Assembly (NCBI GenBank): GCA_046160485.1
Contig: JBJXGV010000073.1
Location: forward strand, 12,076-76,075
From: a bacterium
Lineage (GTDB): Bacteria > Orphanbacterota > Orphanbacteria > JBJXGV01
Length of the DNA: 64,000 nt
Reading direction: 5' to 3'
Position numbers and translations under genes: made by a program. The stretch's first letter is position 1. Every line of letters begins with the position of its first letter. Of this stretch, positions 39,852 to 49,114 are shown piece after piece. The notes beneath the pieces are model-generated. The model saw nothing but the letters and a program-made list of their open reading frames with translations. It made no database searches and was not told the origin of the DNA.

Positions 39852-40676
39852 CTATCCGCTGGTCGTCGTCTGGCGCGACCAAACTGCGTCGAAGTAGGAG
39901 TATGGCGGGCGCCCCGCTGCTGTCGGACGCGTCGCGAGCATGCGCGCGATGCGCGAGAAGACCGGATCATTTGCGTGTGTGTCGATTTCGGCCGCCGGTG
40001 TTTCCGGCGGCGTGAACGTCGCGAGCCCGCCGTACGAGCGGACCTGTCGCCCAAGGTAGCGCACGCAGACATCGGAGACTCTGTGGAACGCCTCCTGCGC
40101 CTCCGCGGGCCGCGCCGCTCGGTTGACGAGAATCCGGATGCGGGCATCGGGAAGCGCCGAGTGAATTTCTTTCACGCACGAGTAGCCCTCCGCGGCACCT
40201 TCGCGCCCCGGCAAGACGACGACCAGATACTCCTCGGCCGAGAGCGCATACGGGTCGCTGGTCGAGATCAGCGAGATGGGGCCGTCAAGAATGAGCGCTC
40301 CCGTGTCCGCCCACGATTGCGTGAGCTCATCGAACGACGTGCGGTCGGACGGATGCGGGATGGGAAGCCCGTACTCCGCGTTGCGGCGCGGCACGATCAC
40401 TCCGGCGCCGACCTGCCATTCATGGGCGACACAACCGAGTTGGCGGCAGGCGTGGGCGACGCGGGCCGCGATGAATGTCTTCCCGCTGCCGGGGCGGAAC
40501 GCGGTGATGAAGAGCGTGCGCGGGCGTTGCGGGAGTGGCGCTGGCTTCGAGTTGCGCACCGAGAAAAGCGAGTCGCGTTCAGGCGCCGGCGCGGGGTCCA
40601 CCGCGGCTGGACCCGAGAAGAAGAGCGGGCTAAAGTCGGCGATCGATCGCCCGGGCTTCCTTGTGTCTCTATCCAT
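39852..40676 (-). CDS. Degenerate MinD/ParA-superfamily P-loop protein
   Basis: The internal start MDRDTRKPG is used. The Walker-A-like RTLFITAFRPGSGKTFIAARVA and MinD-like LVVVLPGREGAAEGY and ILVNRAARP segments are present, but the deviant KGGxxK lysine of ParA is lost. The upstream part of the tracked ORF overlaps ParA and is likely untranslated. Confidence 0.45.
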   Translation of the reverse strand: MDRDTRKPGRSIADFSPLFFSGPAAVDPAPAPERDSLFSVRNSKPAPLPQRPRTLFITAFRPGSGKTFIAARVAHACRQLGCVAHEWQVGAGVIVPRRNAEYGLPIPHPSDRTSFDELTQSWADTGALILDGPISLISTSDPYALSAEEYLVVVLPGREGAAEGYSCVKEIHSALPDARIRILVNRAARPAEAQEAFHRVSDVCVRYLGRQVRSYGGLATFTPPETPAAEIDTHANDPVFSRIARMLATRPTAAGRPPYSYFDAVWSRQTTTSG

Positions 40677-41526
40677 GACGCCGCGCTCCCGACGAGGCGA
40701 TCGTTTCCAATGTAATGCCGCGGCGCGCGACCACTCCGCGCGACGCGATCCGGCGCGCCGGGCGTCGGAAGCGTTCCTCGAGTGCGATCTCGTCTGCGAA
40801 GGCGGCGAAGTCGGCGGCGCCGCGTGAGTGTGGCGCGTACTCGAAGATCGTTTGTCCGCGCTGGAACGCCTCCCGGAGTTTGACATTGACACGTATCGCG
40901 GTCGCATACATCTTCGCGCCGAATCGTTGCCGCAACTCAGCGAAAACCTCGCTCGCGAAACGGGTCCGTTGGTCGAACATCGAACACAGCGCGCGAACCT
41001 CCAATGGGCGGTGAGTCTCGTGCCGCACCATGTCGATCATCTCCGAAAGCTGTTCCAGTCCCGGGAGGGCGAACGGCGAAGAGTCGACCGGAACGACGGC
41101 CGCGTCGGCGGCCGCGAGTGCGTTGATGGTCATAAGCCCGCCGGCCGAGGGACAATCGATGACGGCGAAGTCGTAGCGCGGAGCGACACGGGCGAGCTTA
41201 TCGCGCAATCGACTCTCGCGTGCCGGGGCACCGTACAGCGCGAACTCAGCTGCACGCAAGATGACAATGCCCGGCGCGAAATCGAGATTTTTGGAATGCG
41301 TGCGAATGATGTCGTCGAGCGGTACGAACGAATCGATGAGCACATCGTAGATGCTCTTTTCGGAGCCGTCGTCGACAAAGCCGAGAGCGAGCGAAGCGTG
41401 AGCGAGCGGGTCGATATCGACGAGCAGCGATCTCCGGCCGCGAGCGGCCAACGCGGCCGCCAAATTCACGGCCGCCGTAGTCTTACCGCATCCGCCCTTC
41501 TGGTTGACGATCGCGATCGTCTTCAC
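40669..41526 (-). CDS. ParA/Soj-family deviant Walker-A ATPase
   Basis: The sequence MKTIAIVNQKGGCGKTTAAVNLAAALA and the Walker B FAVIDCP are present. No parB or parS is evident nearby. Confidence 0.85.
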   Translation of the reverse strand: MKTIAIVNQKGGCGKTTAAVNLAAALAARGRRSLLVDIDPLAHASLALGFVDDGSEKSIYDVLIDSFVPLDDIIRTHSKNLDFAPGIVILRAAEFALYGAPARESRLRDKLARVAPRYDFAVIDCPSAGGLMTINALAAADAAVVPVDSSPFALPGLEQLSEMIDMVRHETHRPLEVRALCSMFDQRTRFASEVFAELRQRFGAKMYATAIRVNVKLREAFQRGQTIFEYAPHSRGAADFAAFADEIALEERFRRPARRIASRGVVARRGITLETIASSGARRHG

Positions 41527-41631
41527 GGGCTTGCCTCATTCCCCAGTCGCTGCCGGGGATGGAGTTTCGCGGTGCCGATGTCCGGCGAGATTCCTGCGCG
41601 CTCTGCCTCTATTCGTCTCCGATGGCGGCTA

Positions 41632-41676
41632 GCAAAAAAGAAAACGAGACCTGCGCGGCTTTCGTGCCGGGGTCTC
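41632..41676 (-). terminator. Canonical intrinsic terminator located in the 5' leader about 105 nt upstream of the ParA start codon
   Basis: The minus strand reads GAGACCCCGGCACGAAAGCCGCGCAGGUCUC followed by GUUUUCUUUUUUG. No minus-strand ORF lies upstream of it before the divergent LmbE gene. Confidence 0.5.
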
Positions 41677-41846
41677 GCTGGATGCTCGAACTCAAAGTTG
41701 TCGTCCCCGGGGTCGCGGCTCCGCATCGCCGCTGCCCACTCCGCCCCTGCGCTCGAGACGACATCGCCGAGATATGTGCGTCGTATCCGAGGCGCCCAGA
41801 TGGAGATGTAGTGAAACAGCTCGCACGGTAGAAAGGGGCCAGATTC

Positions 41847-42578
41847 TTGTCAACAAGAAAATCGAGTTACGGCATTGATTTGCTCGCGTTCGGCGCACAC
41901 CCGGATGACGTTGAACTGACCGCGGGCGGGACTTTGGCGAAGGCGGTCCGCCAGGGCTACGCGGTCGGGATCGTCGATGCCACGCGAGGCGAGCTCGGTA
42001 CGCGCGGATCCGTCGCGGTCCGCGCACGCGAAGCAGCGAGGGCCGCTAGGTCGCTCGGCGTGAGAGTGCGAGAGAACTTAGGACTTCCCGACGGGCATCT
42101 TTCCGCTGCCCCCGATGGACTGAAGCGGGTCGTCGAAGTGCTGCGCACCCTCCGCCCGCGCGTGGTCATCGCCCCGTATTGGGAGAGTCGTCATCCCGAC
42201 CACCGCGCACTTTCAAACCTTGTTCGGGATGCATGCTTCTTCGCCGGGGTCAAACGCTGGCCTGCGCGAGGTCTCGCCGCCCGTCCGGCGAAACTCATAT
42301 TCGCAATCGCGTATACCGGCGCGGCTCCGAGCTTCTACGTCGACGTCTCCCGGGACTTCTCTAGGAAGCTAAATGCAATTCGCGCATATCGATCTCAAGT
42401 TGTCGGTCAAGACCGCCTCGGGGATGTCTTTCCGTCTGGCCGACCGCTGTTAAATGCCATAACTGTGATTCACGCCGGCTACGGCGCGTCGGCTCAGGTG
42501 GAGTACGCCGAACCGTTCTGGATGCGCGAGGCGATGCGAGTCGACGACGTGACCCGTCTTCCGCTCATCTCGATGTGA
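41847..42578 (+). CDS. LmbE/PIG-L-family N-acetylglucosaminyl deacetylase (BshB-like)
   Basis: The zinc-binding motif AHPDDVE and a downstream HPDH are present. A palindrome TTCTTGTTGACAAGAA abuts the start codon. Confidence 0.75.
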   Translation: MSTRKSSYGIDLLAFGAHPDDVELTAGGTLAKAVRQGYAVGIVDATRGELGTRGSVAVRAREAARAARSLGVRVRENLGLPDGHLSAAPDGLKRVVEVLRTLRPRVVIAPYWESRHPDHRALSNLVRDACFFAGVKRWPARGLAARPAKLIFAIAYTGAAPSFYVDVSRDFSRKLNAIRAYRSQVVGQDRLGDVFPSGRPLLNAITVIHAGYGASAQVEYAEPFWMREAMRVDDVTRLPLISM

Positions 42579-42895
42579 GGCGGGAACTGAACGCAAAGCG
42601 GCGACGGACGCCGCCGTGGGGCGCGTCCGCGACGGCGAGCCTCTTGCTGGCCGCCGAATCCGCCGATCATCGGAGCGTCATGCTTCCGCGCGCCTATCAG
42701 CTTCCGAGCATCAATCTTTGGAGCGAGCCGGCTCGTCCGGAAACCGGGGCGACGATCGTCGCCGCAGTGCCGCGGGGAACGCCCGTCGAGATCCTCGAAG
42801 AGATCGCGGGTGGATGGATCCGCGTGCGTGCTGTCGTCGCGTCAGGGATACGCGAGGGTTGGGTGCACCGGACGTTTCTGAGTCGCGGCTGGTAG
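42575..42895 (+). CDS. Hypothetical secreted protein with SH3b-like C-terminus
   Basis: The GTG start overlaps the LmbE stop (atGTGA). An N-terminal hydrophobic segment is followed by GATIVAAVPRGTPVEILEEIAGGWIRVRA, which is SH3_3-like. Confidence 0.35.
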   Translation: MRRELNAKRRRTPPWGASATASLLLAAESADHRSVMLPRAYQLPSINLWSEPARPETGATIVAAVPRGTPVEILEEIAGGWIRVRAVVASGIREGWVHRTFLSRGW

Positions 42896-42941
42896 TCGCG
42901 GCTGCGCGCGGTCGAAGCTGTGCGCGAACCTTCGCGGCGGA

Positions 42942-43727
42942 TCAAGAGTCGCTGGCTGGCTTGACCGGATCGAGCGGGAAGCGGAACTCGGGATCCGCGG
43001 CTGACAGTTCGGCGGCAACCTGGCGTAGCTTCGACTCGTACGCCTTTTCGTCGCCGGAGCCGAGCGAGCGCTTCCATGCGTTGTAGTGATCGAGAAACTC
43101 ATCGCGCCGCTGACGAAGGTTTTCCTCCCGCGCGAGCCCTTCGATGTCGCGACTGATGTGGAAGATTTCGCCAGGCGAGAGTTCCTTTCGGATGTTGAGG
43201 TACTCGCCGCGCATGTAAGAAAGAATCGAGAGGTACTTTTCGTAGCCCTCGGAGAGCTTCATCAGAACATCCGCCAATGCCCGCCGGTCCTCGCGCATCT
43301 GGCGTGTCAGCGCGCCGGCGATTTGGTAGTACGCCTTGCCGCGTAGGACGGCATCGCGGCCGCGCGAGTCCATCGTCGACAACGCAGTCCGCGGAGCGTC
43401 GAAGATTCCTTGCGAAAGAAGCAGATAGTCCGCGTTCACCTTGTACGTGATGAATTTCACGTAGTGATCGCGCGTGTACTGCAGCCGTTCGTAGATGTCG
43501 CTTTCGTATGCGGAGACGTACTGGTTCATCCAGCTGTGGTATTTCGCGTCGACGAGTGACGAGAGGAGCAACGCGAGATAGACGTTGACGTCTTCGTCGT
43601 AGACGTCGGCGTTCGATTCGAGGCCGGTCGCGATCCGCGAGTTGAGGAGCGAGTCCATGACGAATGAAACGACGGGCTCGGCGTCGCCCTGCTGCTTCGT
43701 CGTATTCACGAACCGCTTGATTTCCAT
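42942..43727 (-). CDS. Hypothetical protein (261 aa), tyrosine/lysine-rich, no recognised domain
   Basis: It is a clean ORF with coding-like composition, and no other ORF of similar quality overlaps it. Confidence 0.45.
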   Translation of the reverse strand: MEIKRFVNTTKQQGDAEPVVSFVMDSLLNSRIATGLESNADVYDEDVNVYLALLLSSLVDAKYHSWMNQYVSAYESDIYERLQYTRDHYVKFITYKVNADYLLLSQGIFDAPRTALSTMDSRGRDAVLRGKAYYQIAGALTRQMREDRRALADVLMKLSEGYEKYLSILSYMRGEYLNIRKELSPGEIFHISRDIEGLAREENLRQRRDEFLDHYNAWKRSLGSGDEKAYESKLRQVAAELSAADPEFRFPLDPVKPASDS

Positions 43728-44375
43728 TTGCTGCCTCCGAGGGCGATCGTGCGCTGCAAATGATCAGGCAATCGAAGTGCCAACCGTTAGCGACGCGTTT
43801 TGTGCGAAATCGCGCGGATCTTAGCAAGATGTTCCTCTCATCTCGCGTCGGGCGGATTTGAATTCGGGCAATGTGCGACGACCGTTCTCGTGCGGCGCGG
43901 TCCCGAACTGCAAAGAGCGGATTCCGGCTGTTCGTGCTCCAGTCGACTTCTGTTGGCTGGGGCGCGCGGGGCGTCGGCTTCGTCGAACGCGAATTCGCGC
44001 TGAACCTACGACGTGCCACCGCGCTACGCGCGATATACGCGCGCATGCAAGCCGCCGATCCCGGCACACCGATTGCCATCGACCCATCGCGCAGGCGACC
44101 CATTCGTAGGAATCATCAATGGGAAGGTCGGGGTCGCAGCGTCGGGGGAGGCCGCGCGAGGCTCGGTAGTTGGCATCGCTCTGGGATGCGCGCTCAGGTG
44201 AGGGAGCATGTCGTCTCGATCGAGCGAGAGCCGGGTCATGGGCCTCCCCTCGGACGAAGCCGGGAGAACTCTGAGGTTCGAGATCGACGGGGGTCGGTCG
44301 TTGGGTGGGGTGGTGTGGTGCGAGTTCCCGGCTTCGCCCGAGGCAACAAACCCGCGCGCTGCGGCGTGCGCGACG

Positions 44376-45122
44376 CTAGTCGTGCGTTCCGAGGAAAACG
44401 CGAAGGTCTGCGAGTAGCTCCGGGGCCGACGCGTAGCTCGTGAGCTTTCCGCGGCGAACGAGCGAGAGTCTGCCTGTTTCCTCGGAGACGACGATCACGA
44501 CCGCGTCGGTTTCTTCCGTGATGCCCAGCGCGGCGCGATGCCGTGTTCCGAGCGTGCGTGCGACAGTCTCCGATTGCGAAAGGGGGAGAATGCAGCCGGC
44601 GGCTACGATTCGATCCTCGATGATGATGGCGGCGCCGTCGTGCAGTGGCCCCTTCGGCAGAAAGATGCTCTGGATCATTTCCGCGGTCACCAATGCCTCG
44701 ATTCGCGTGCCGGTCTCGATGTAATTGCGCAACGCGGCGGATCGTTGCAGCACGATTAGAGCGCCGATTCGTCTCGCCGAGAACTCTTGGGTCGCTCGCA
44801 TGATCTCCGGCAGCGTTTCACGCCTTGGGATTCTGAAAAACTTGCGGTAGAGAGGGCTCTGGCCCGCCTGCGACAAAAACCGGCGAAGCTCTGGCTGGAA
44901 GATGACGACGAACGCGACGATCCACACGGTTTGAAGGCCAGAAAAGAGCCAATTAAGAGCATTGAGTTGCAGGGCGCGCGAGATCACCGACAACACGAAG
45001 ATGACGGCGAGCCCGATAAACATCTGAAACGCTCGTGTCCCTTTGACCATGACGAGGAGCTTGTAGAAGACGAACGCGACGATCGCAATGTCGAGCGCGT
45101 CAAGGAGCCAGAGATACGACAT
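44376..45122 (-). CDS. cdaA: Diadenylate cyclase CdaA (c-di-AMP synthase)
   Basis: Three N-terminal TM helices are followed by a DisA_N/DAC domain with the conserved DGA and RHRAA motifs (PLHDGAAII, GTRHRAALGITEETDAVVIVVSEETG). Confidence 0.85.
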   Translation of the reverse strand: MSYLWLLDALDIAIVAFVFYKLLVMVKGTRAFQMFIGLAVIFVLSVISRALQLNALNWLFSGLQTVWIVAFVVIFQPELRRFLSQAGQSPLYRKFFRIPRRETLPEIMRATQEFSARRIGALIVLQRSAALRNYIETGTRIEALVTAEMIQSIFLPKGPLHDGAAIIIEDRIVAAGCILPLSQSETVARTLGTRHRAALGITEETDAVVIVVSEETGRLSLVRRGKLTSYASAPELLADLRVFLGTHD

Positions 45123-46348
45123 CAGTCGCCCGTCTTAGGATCGGGGTTCGCCCCGAAGATGGCGTCGAGCGTGTCGAGAAACCGCCGCGTTTCCGCGACG
45201 TCGTGCACGCGAATCATCGATGCGCCGCCGAGGCGTGCGGCCTCCGCGGCGGCGAGCGAACCCTCGAGACGTTCGGTCACGCCGCGGCCTAGAATCGTTC
45301 CGAGGAAACTCTTGCGAGACGCGCCGACAAGCACCGGAAGCCCCAAGCTCGAGATCTCGCGGAGCCGTCGAAGAATCTCGAGGTTGTCTTCGAACGACTT
45401 CCCGAATCCGATTCCTGGGTCGATCCAGATCGAGTCGCGTTTCGCGCCGGTGCTCACCGCGAACATCGCACTCTCGATCAACTCTGCTGCGACCTCCGCC
45501 ATGACGTCATGATAGTGCGGATTCGACTGCATTGTCTTGGGGGTTCCACGGATGTGTGAAATGACGATCGGTGCGGCGGCGTCCGCGGCGACCTTCGCGA
45601 TCCTCGGATCGCTGCGAAGCCCAGAGATGTCGTTGATGATATCCGCCCCGGCGTCGAGCGCTCGCTCGGCGACGACGGCTTTCGTTGTGTCGATCGAGAT
45701 TGGCCTCGGAAAGTCTGCGCCAAGGCCTCGGATGACGGGCAGCACCCGATCGAGTTCCGTTTCGACGGGAACAGGCGCGGAGCCGGGGCGCGTCGATTCT
45801 CCGCCGATGTCGATCACGTCGGCGCCCGTCTCGGCGAGGCGCCAAGCACGACGGATGGCGCTTTCAGGCGTGACGTGCTCGCCCCCGTCCGAGAATGAAT
45901 CGGGCGTGACGTTGAGAATGCCCATGATGAGGGGGCGAGAAGAGAGCGCCAGGGACTTGCGGCGGCAAGCGAGGATTCGCGGTACCGGGGGTCCGGATGC
46001 GGCGCGCCGCATGAACGGCGCTGCCGTCTCGCGAAGGTTCGGGTACTCGTCGAGCAGGGAAAGGACATCGTCTATCGATCCGCCGAAATAACACGTCACG
46101 GGGCGTGAGTCCGCCGATGGCTTCTCGGGTGCTTCGACCGGCGAGTGGAGAACCGCGGGCCGGCGTGTAGACGCTGCGATTGCGAGCGCGATTGCCGGTG
46201 TCAGCCCACTCAAAGCGAACAGTTGTCGCGAGGAGTTCGAGGCGAGTTCGAGGAGCGAGCCTGGCGGGACGCGATTGCGCGCCGCTTCCCGCGCGGCATC
46301 GATGGGAAGCGGCAGCGCAATGGCACGAAGCAGCTCGCGAGCGCTCAA
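45122..46348 (-). CDS. folP: Dihydropteroate synthase with an approximately 110-aa N-terminal extension of unknown function
   Basis: The pterin-binding core begins at PLIMGILNVTPDSFSDGG (internal Met at about 46012), followed by DIGGESTRPG and other DHPS motifs. No in-frame stop separates the upstream 110 aa. Confidence 0.8.
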   Translation of the reverse strand: MSARELLRAIALPLPIDAAREAARNRVPPGSLLELASNSSRQLFALSGLTPAIALAIAASTRRPAVLHSPVEAPEKPSADSRPVTCYFGGSIDDVLSLLDEYPNLRETAAPFMRRAASGPPVPRILACRRKSLALSSRPLIMGILNVTPDSFSDGGEHVTPESAIRRAWRLAETGADVIDIGGESTRPGSAPVPVETELDRVLPVIRGLGADFPRPISIDTTKAVVAERALDAGADIINDISGLRSDPRIAKVAADAAAPIVISHIRGTPKTMQSNPHYHDVMAEVAAELIESAMFAVSTGAKRDSIWIDPGIGFGKSFEDNLEILRRLREISSLGLPVLVGASRKSFLGTILGRGVTERLEGSLAAAEAARLGGASMIRVHDVAETRRFLDTLDAIFGANPDPKTGD

Positions 46349-46397
46349 GCCCGGCGCTCTCGCGAGTAACGCCGGCGCCAGCCCAACGGATAGTCTC

Positions 46398-48503
46398 CTA
46401 CGACGGACTTTCGCCGGGAGCGAGATGGGGAGTGCGTCGCTCGACGGGCGGAGCGAGCTTTTCCTCCGCCGCCTTCTGGATCGGTTCTTCGTCTTCGGTC
46501 TTGCGCTTTGGCGGTGTGTCGATGAGTCGCGGTGGAAGCGGCAAACCGTCGAGCACCATCTTGATCTCGTCGCCGTCGAGCGTTTCGCGCTCCAACAGAA
46601 CGCTCGTCAGCGCGTGAAGCTTGTCGATGTGCGCTGAGAGGATCTCGACGGCTCGCCGATACGCGCCGTCGACGAGCGCGCGAAGCTCTGCGTCGATCGC
46701 AATCGCCGTCTGCTCGCTGTAATCGCGGTGCTGCGCGATCTCGCGCCCGAGAAAGATCTGTTCGTCCTTTTGACCGTAAGCGATGGGCCCGAGTTTTTCG
46801 CTCATGCCCCACTCGCAAATCATCTTCCGGGCGAGGTTCGTCGCCTTGTCGATGTCGTCGCGGGCGCCGGTGGAGAGTTCGTTGAAGATGAGCATCTCGG
46901 CCGCGCGTCCGCCCATCGTCATCGCCATCATCGCGAGGCAATACGCCTTCGACCACTTGTGCTTCTCGTCGATTGGCAGAAGCGCCGTAACACCGAGCGC
47001 GCGCCCGCGCGGGATGATCGTCACCTTATGCAGCGGATCCGCCTCGGGCAGGTACGTCGCAACGATGACGTGTCCCGCCTCGTGATAGGCGGTCCCGCGC
47101 TTCTCTTCGTCGGACAAGACGAGGCTTCGGCGCTCGGTCCCGATCATCACTTTGTCGCGCGCGGCCTCGAAATCGAGCACCATCACTTCCTTGTGATTGC
47201 GGCGCGCCGCCAGAAGCGCGGCTTCGTTGACGAGGTTCGCGAGATCGGCGCCAGAGAGCCCTGGGGTTCCGCGCGCGAGCCGCTTCAAGTCGACATCCTT
47301 CGCGACGGGAATCTTCTTCGTGTGGACCTTAAGAATCCCTTCGCGGCCGAGGACGTCCGGCATGTCGACGACGATTTGGCGGTCGAAGCGCCCCGGCCGC
47401 AGGAGCGCCGGGTCGAGCACATCGGGCCGGTTCGTCGCCGCGACGAGGATCACACCGTCGTTCGAATTGAAGCCGTCCATTTCGACGAGGAGCTGGTTGA
47501 GCGTCTGCTCGCGCTCGTCGTGTCCGCCGCCGAGCCCCGCGCCGCGGTGCCGCCCGACCGCATCGATTTCATCGATGAACACGATGCACGGCGCGTGTTT
47601 CTTCCCTTGCTCGAAGAGGTCGCGCACGCGCGACGCACCGACACCGACGAACATCTCGACGAAGTCGGAGCCGCTCATCGAGAAGAACGGTACGCCCGCC
47701 TCGCCTGCGACGGCTTTCGCGAGCAGGGTCTTTCCCGTACCCGGCGCGCCCAAGAGGAGTGCACCCTTCGGAATCTTTCCGCCCAACTTGTTGAATTTCT
47801 GCGGGTCCTTCAGGAAGTCGATAATCTCCTGAAGCTCCATCTTCGCTTCCGTCGCGCCCGCGACATCCTCGAACGTGACCTTCGGGCGGTTCCCGGTCAG
47901 CAACCGCGCGCGGCTCTTTCCGAACGAGAACGCCTTATTTCCGCCGGTCTGCATTTGCCGCATGATGAAGATCCAGAACGCGAGGATGAGCAGGATCGGC
48001 AACCACGAAAACAGCAGCGAAAGCCAGTTCACGCCGGGGGGCTTCGAGGAGATCTCGACGGCGGGGTTGTGCTCCCACACTTTCTCCGGCAGGTCCGGGT
48101 CGACGGCGGGCAGGTAGAGCTTAAAACTGATCGCCTCTTGCGTCGGCATCGGCGGCGCTACGACCGTCGTTGCGACCGTGAACTGCCCATGGACTTCCTT
48201 CTCCATGACGAGGACAGACTTCACGTTCGCCTTCTTCACTTCGGCCATGAACTGCGAATAAGAGATTTCGACCTCGCGCGGCCGGCCGTTGTAGTAGAGC
48301 CGGTGCGCCACGAGCAAGATCAGCATGAGGACGAACCAAATCGAGACCGACTTCATCGCGCGCCCGTAGCGCGCGGGGTCGCGTCGCGGACCCGAGCCTT
48401 TCGATCCGGCGCCACGTCCTGGCTGGCGCGAAGCGCGGCCCTCTTCCCCCGACCCGTCGTCAGATTTCTCGTTGAGATTCCGAAGCTCTCGGCTCTCGTG
48501 CAC
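46398..48503 (-). CDS. ftsH: ATP-dependent zinc metalloprotease FtsH
   Basis: It has two TM helices, AAA+ Walker A GAPGTGKT, the SRH, and the zinc protease motif HEAGH. A possible alternative start lies at Met50 (48356). Confidence 0.9.
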   Translation of the reverse strand: MHESRELRNLNEKSDDGSGEEGRASRQPGRGAGSKGSGPRRDPARYGRAMKSVSIWFVLMLILLVAHRLYYNGRPREVEISYSQFMAEVKKANVKSVLVMEKEVHGQFTVATTVVAPPMPTQEAISFKLYLPAVDPDLPEKVWEHNPAVEISSKPPGVNWLSLLFSWLPILLILAFWIFIMRQMQTGGNKAFSFGKSRARLLTGNRPKVTFEDVAGATEAKMELQEIIDFLKDPQKFNKLGGKIPKGALLLGAPGTGKTLLAKAVAGEAGVPFFSMSGSDFVEMFVGVGASRVRDLFEQGKKHAPCIVFIDEIDAVGRHRGAGLGGGHDEREQTLNQLLVEMDGFNSNDGVILVAATNRPDVLDPALLRPGRFDRQIVVDMPDVLGREGILKVHTKKIPVAKDVDLKRLARGTPGLSGADLANLVNEAALLAARRNHKEVMVLDFEAARDKVMIGTERRSLVLSDEEKRGTAYHEAGHVIVATYLPEADPLHKVTIIPRGRALGVTALLPIDEKHKWSKAYCLAMMAMTMGGRAAEMLIFNELSTGARDDIDKATNLARKMICEWGMSEKLGPIAYGQKDEQIFLGREIAQHRDYSEQTAIAIDAELRALVDGAYRRAVEILSAHIDKLHALTSVLLERETLDGDEIKMVLDGLPLPPRLIDTPPKRKTEDEEPIQKAAEEKLAPPVERRTPHLAPGESPS

Positions 48504-48516
48504 GCTCTTCTACCTT

Positions 48517-49095
48517 TTACCTTTCTGCCGGCGCAATCGCCGTCTCGTTCAATGCCACGATGTGTGGAAGGTTGCGATATCGCTCGGCGAAATCAAGGCC
48601 GTAGCCGACGACGAATTTATCCGGAATATCGAAGCCGACGTACTCGACGCGGACGTCCGTCTCGCGCCGCGCCTTCTTGTCGAGCAGCGCGCAGATCCGC
48701 AAGCTCGTCGGCTGCCGTGTCTCGAGAGCCTCGCGTATGTACGCAAGCGTGAGCCCCGTGTCGACGATGTCCTCCACGATGATCACGTCTCGCCCCTCGA
48801 TATTCATCGTGAGGTCCGACTGAATGCGAACGACGCCCGAGCTGCGAGTCTCTTTCCCGTACGACGAAACAGCCATGAAGTCGATCTCGAGGTCGATCTC
48901 GATTGCACGCATCAGATCCGCGAGAAAAAGTACGCCGCCGCGCAATACCGTGACGAGCACGGGGACCTTGCCTGCGTAGTCGCGCGAAATCTCGGCGCCG
49001 AGCTCATGAACACGCCGCTGTATCTCTTCGCCGGAGATGATGATCTCGCCCAGGCGGAGGGAGCGTTCGTGCAGCGCGATCGCATGAGTGCTCAT
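48517..49095 (-). CDS. hpt: Hypoxanthine phosphoribosyltransferase
   Basis: The PRPP-binding motif VIIVEDIVDTGLT is present, and the gene lies between tilS and ftsH. Confidence 0.85.
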   Translation of the reverse strand: MSTHAIALHERSLRLGEIIISGEEIQRRVHELGAEISRDYAGKVPVLVTVLRGGVLFLADLMRAIEIDLEIDFMAVSSYGKETRSSGVVRIQSDLTMNIEGRDVIIVEDIVDTGLTLAYIREALETRQPTSLRICALLDKKARRETDVRVEYVGFDIPDKFVVGYGLDFAERYRNLPHIVALNETAIAPAER

Positions 49096-49114
49096 CATCG
49101 ATGTCCCCAAACTC

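Noticed and set aside
40677-40907. The first 77 codons of the tracked 351-aa ORF overlap the 3' end of parA
   Set aside because: This Ser/Arg/Pro-rich segment lies inside parA in another frame. An internal Met at 40676 gives a conventional 8-nt overlap, so the upstream part is considered untranslated.
43099-44103. The 334-aa minus-strand ORF overlaps the 261-aa hypothetical gene and extends into the gap
   Set aside because: It has an extreme Arg content (RRRR runs) and no RBS. It is in a different frame from the compositionally normal 42942..43727 ORF, so it is judged spurious.
44270-44300. GGTTCGAGATCGACGGGGG resembles the 5' end of tmRNA (GGGG...TTCGACGGGG)
   Set aside because: It has a 3-nt insertion relative to the consensus. 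No matching 3' tRNA-like T-arm/CCA and no tag-peptide reading frame are found within 400 nt. It is treated as coincidence.
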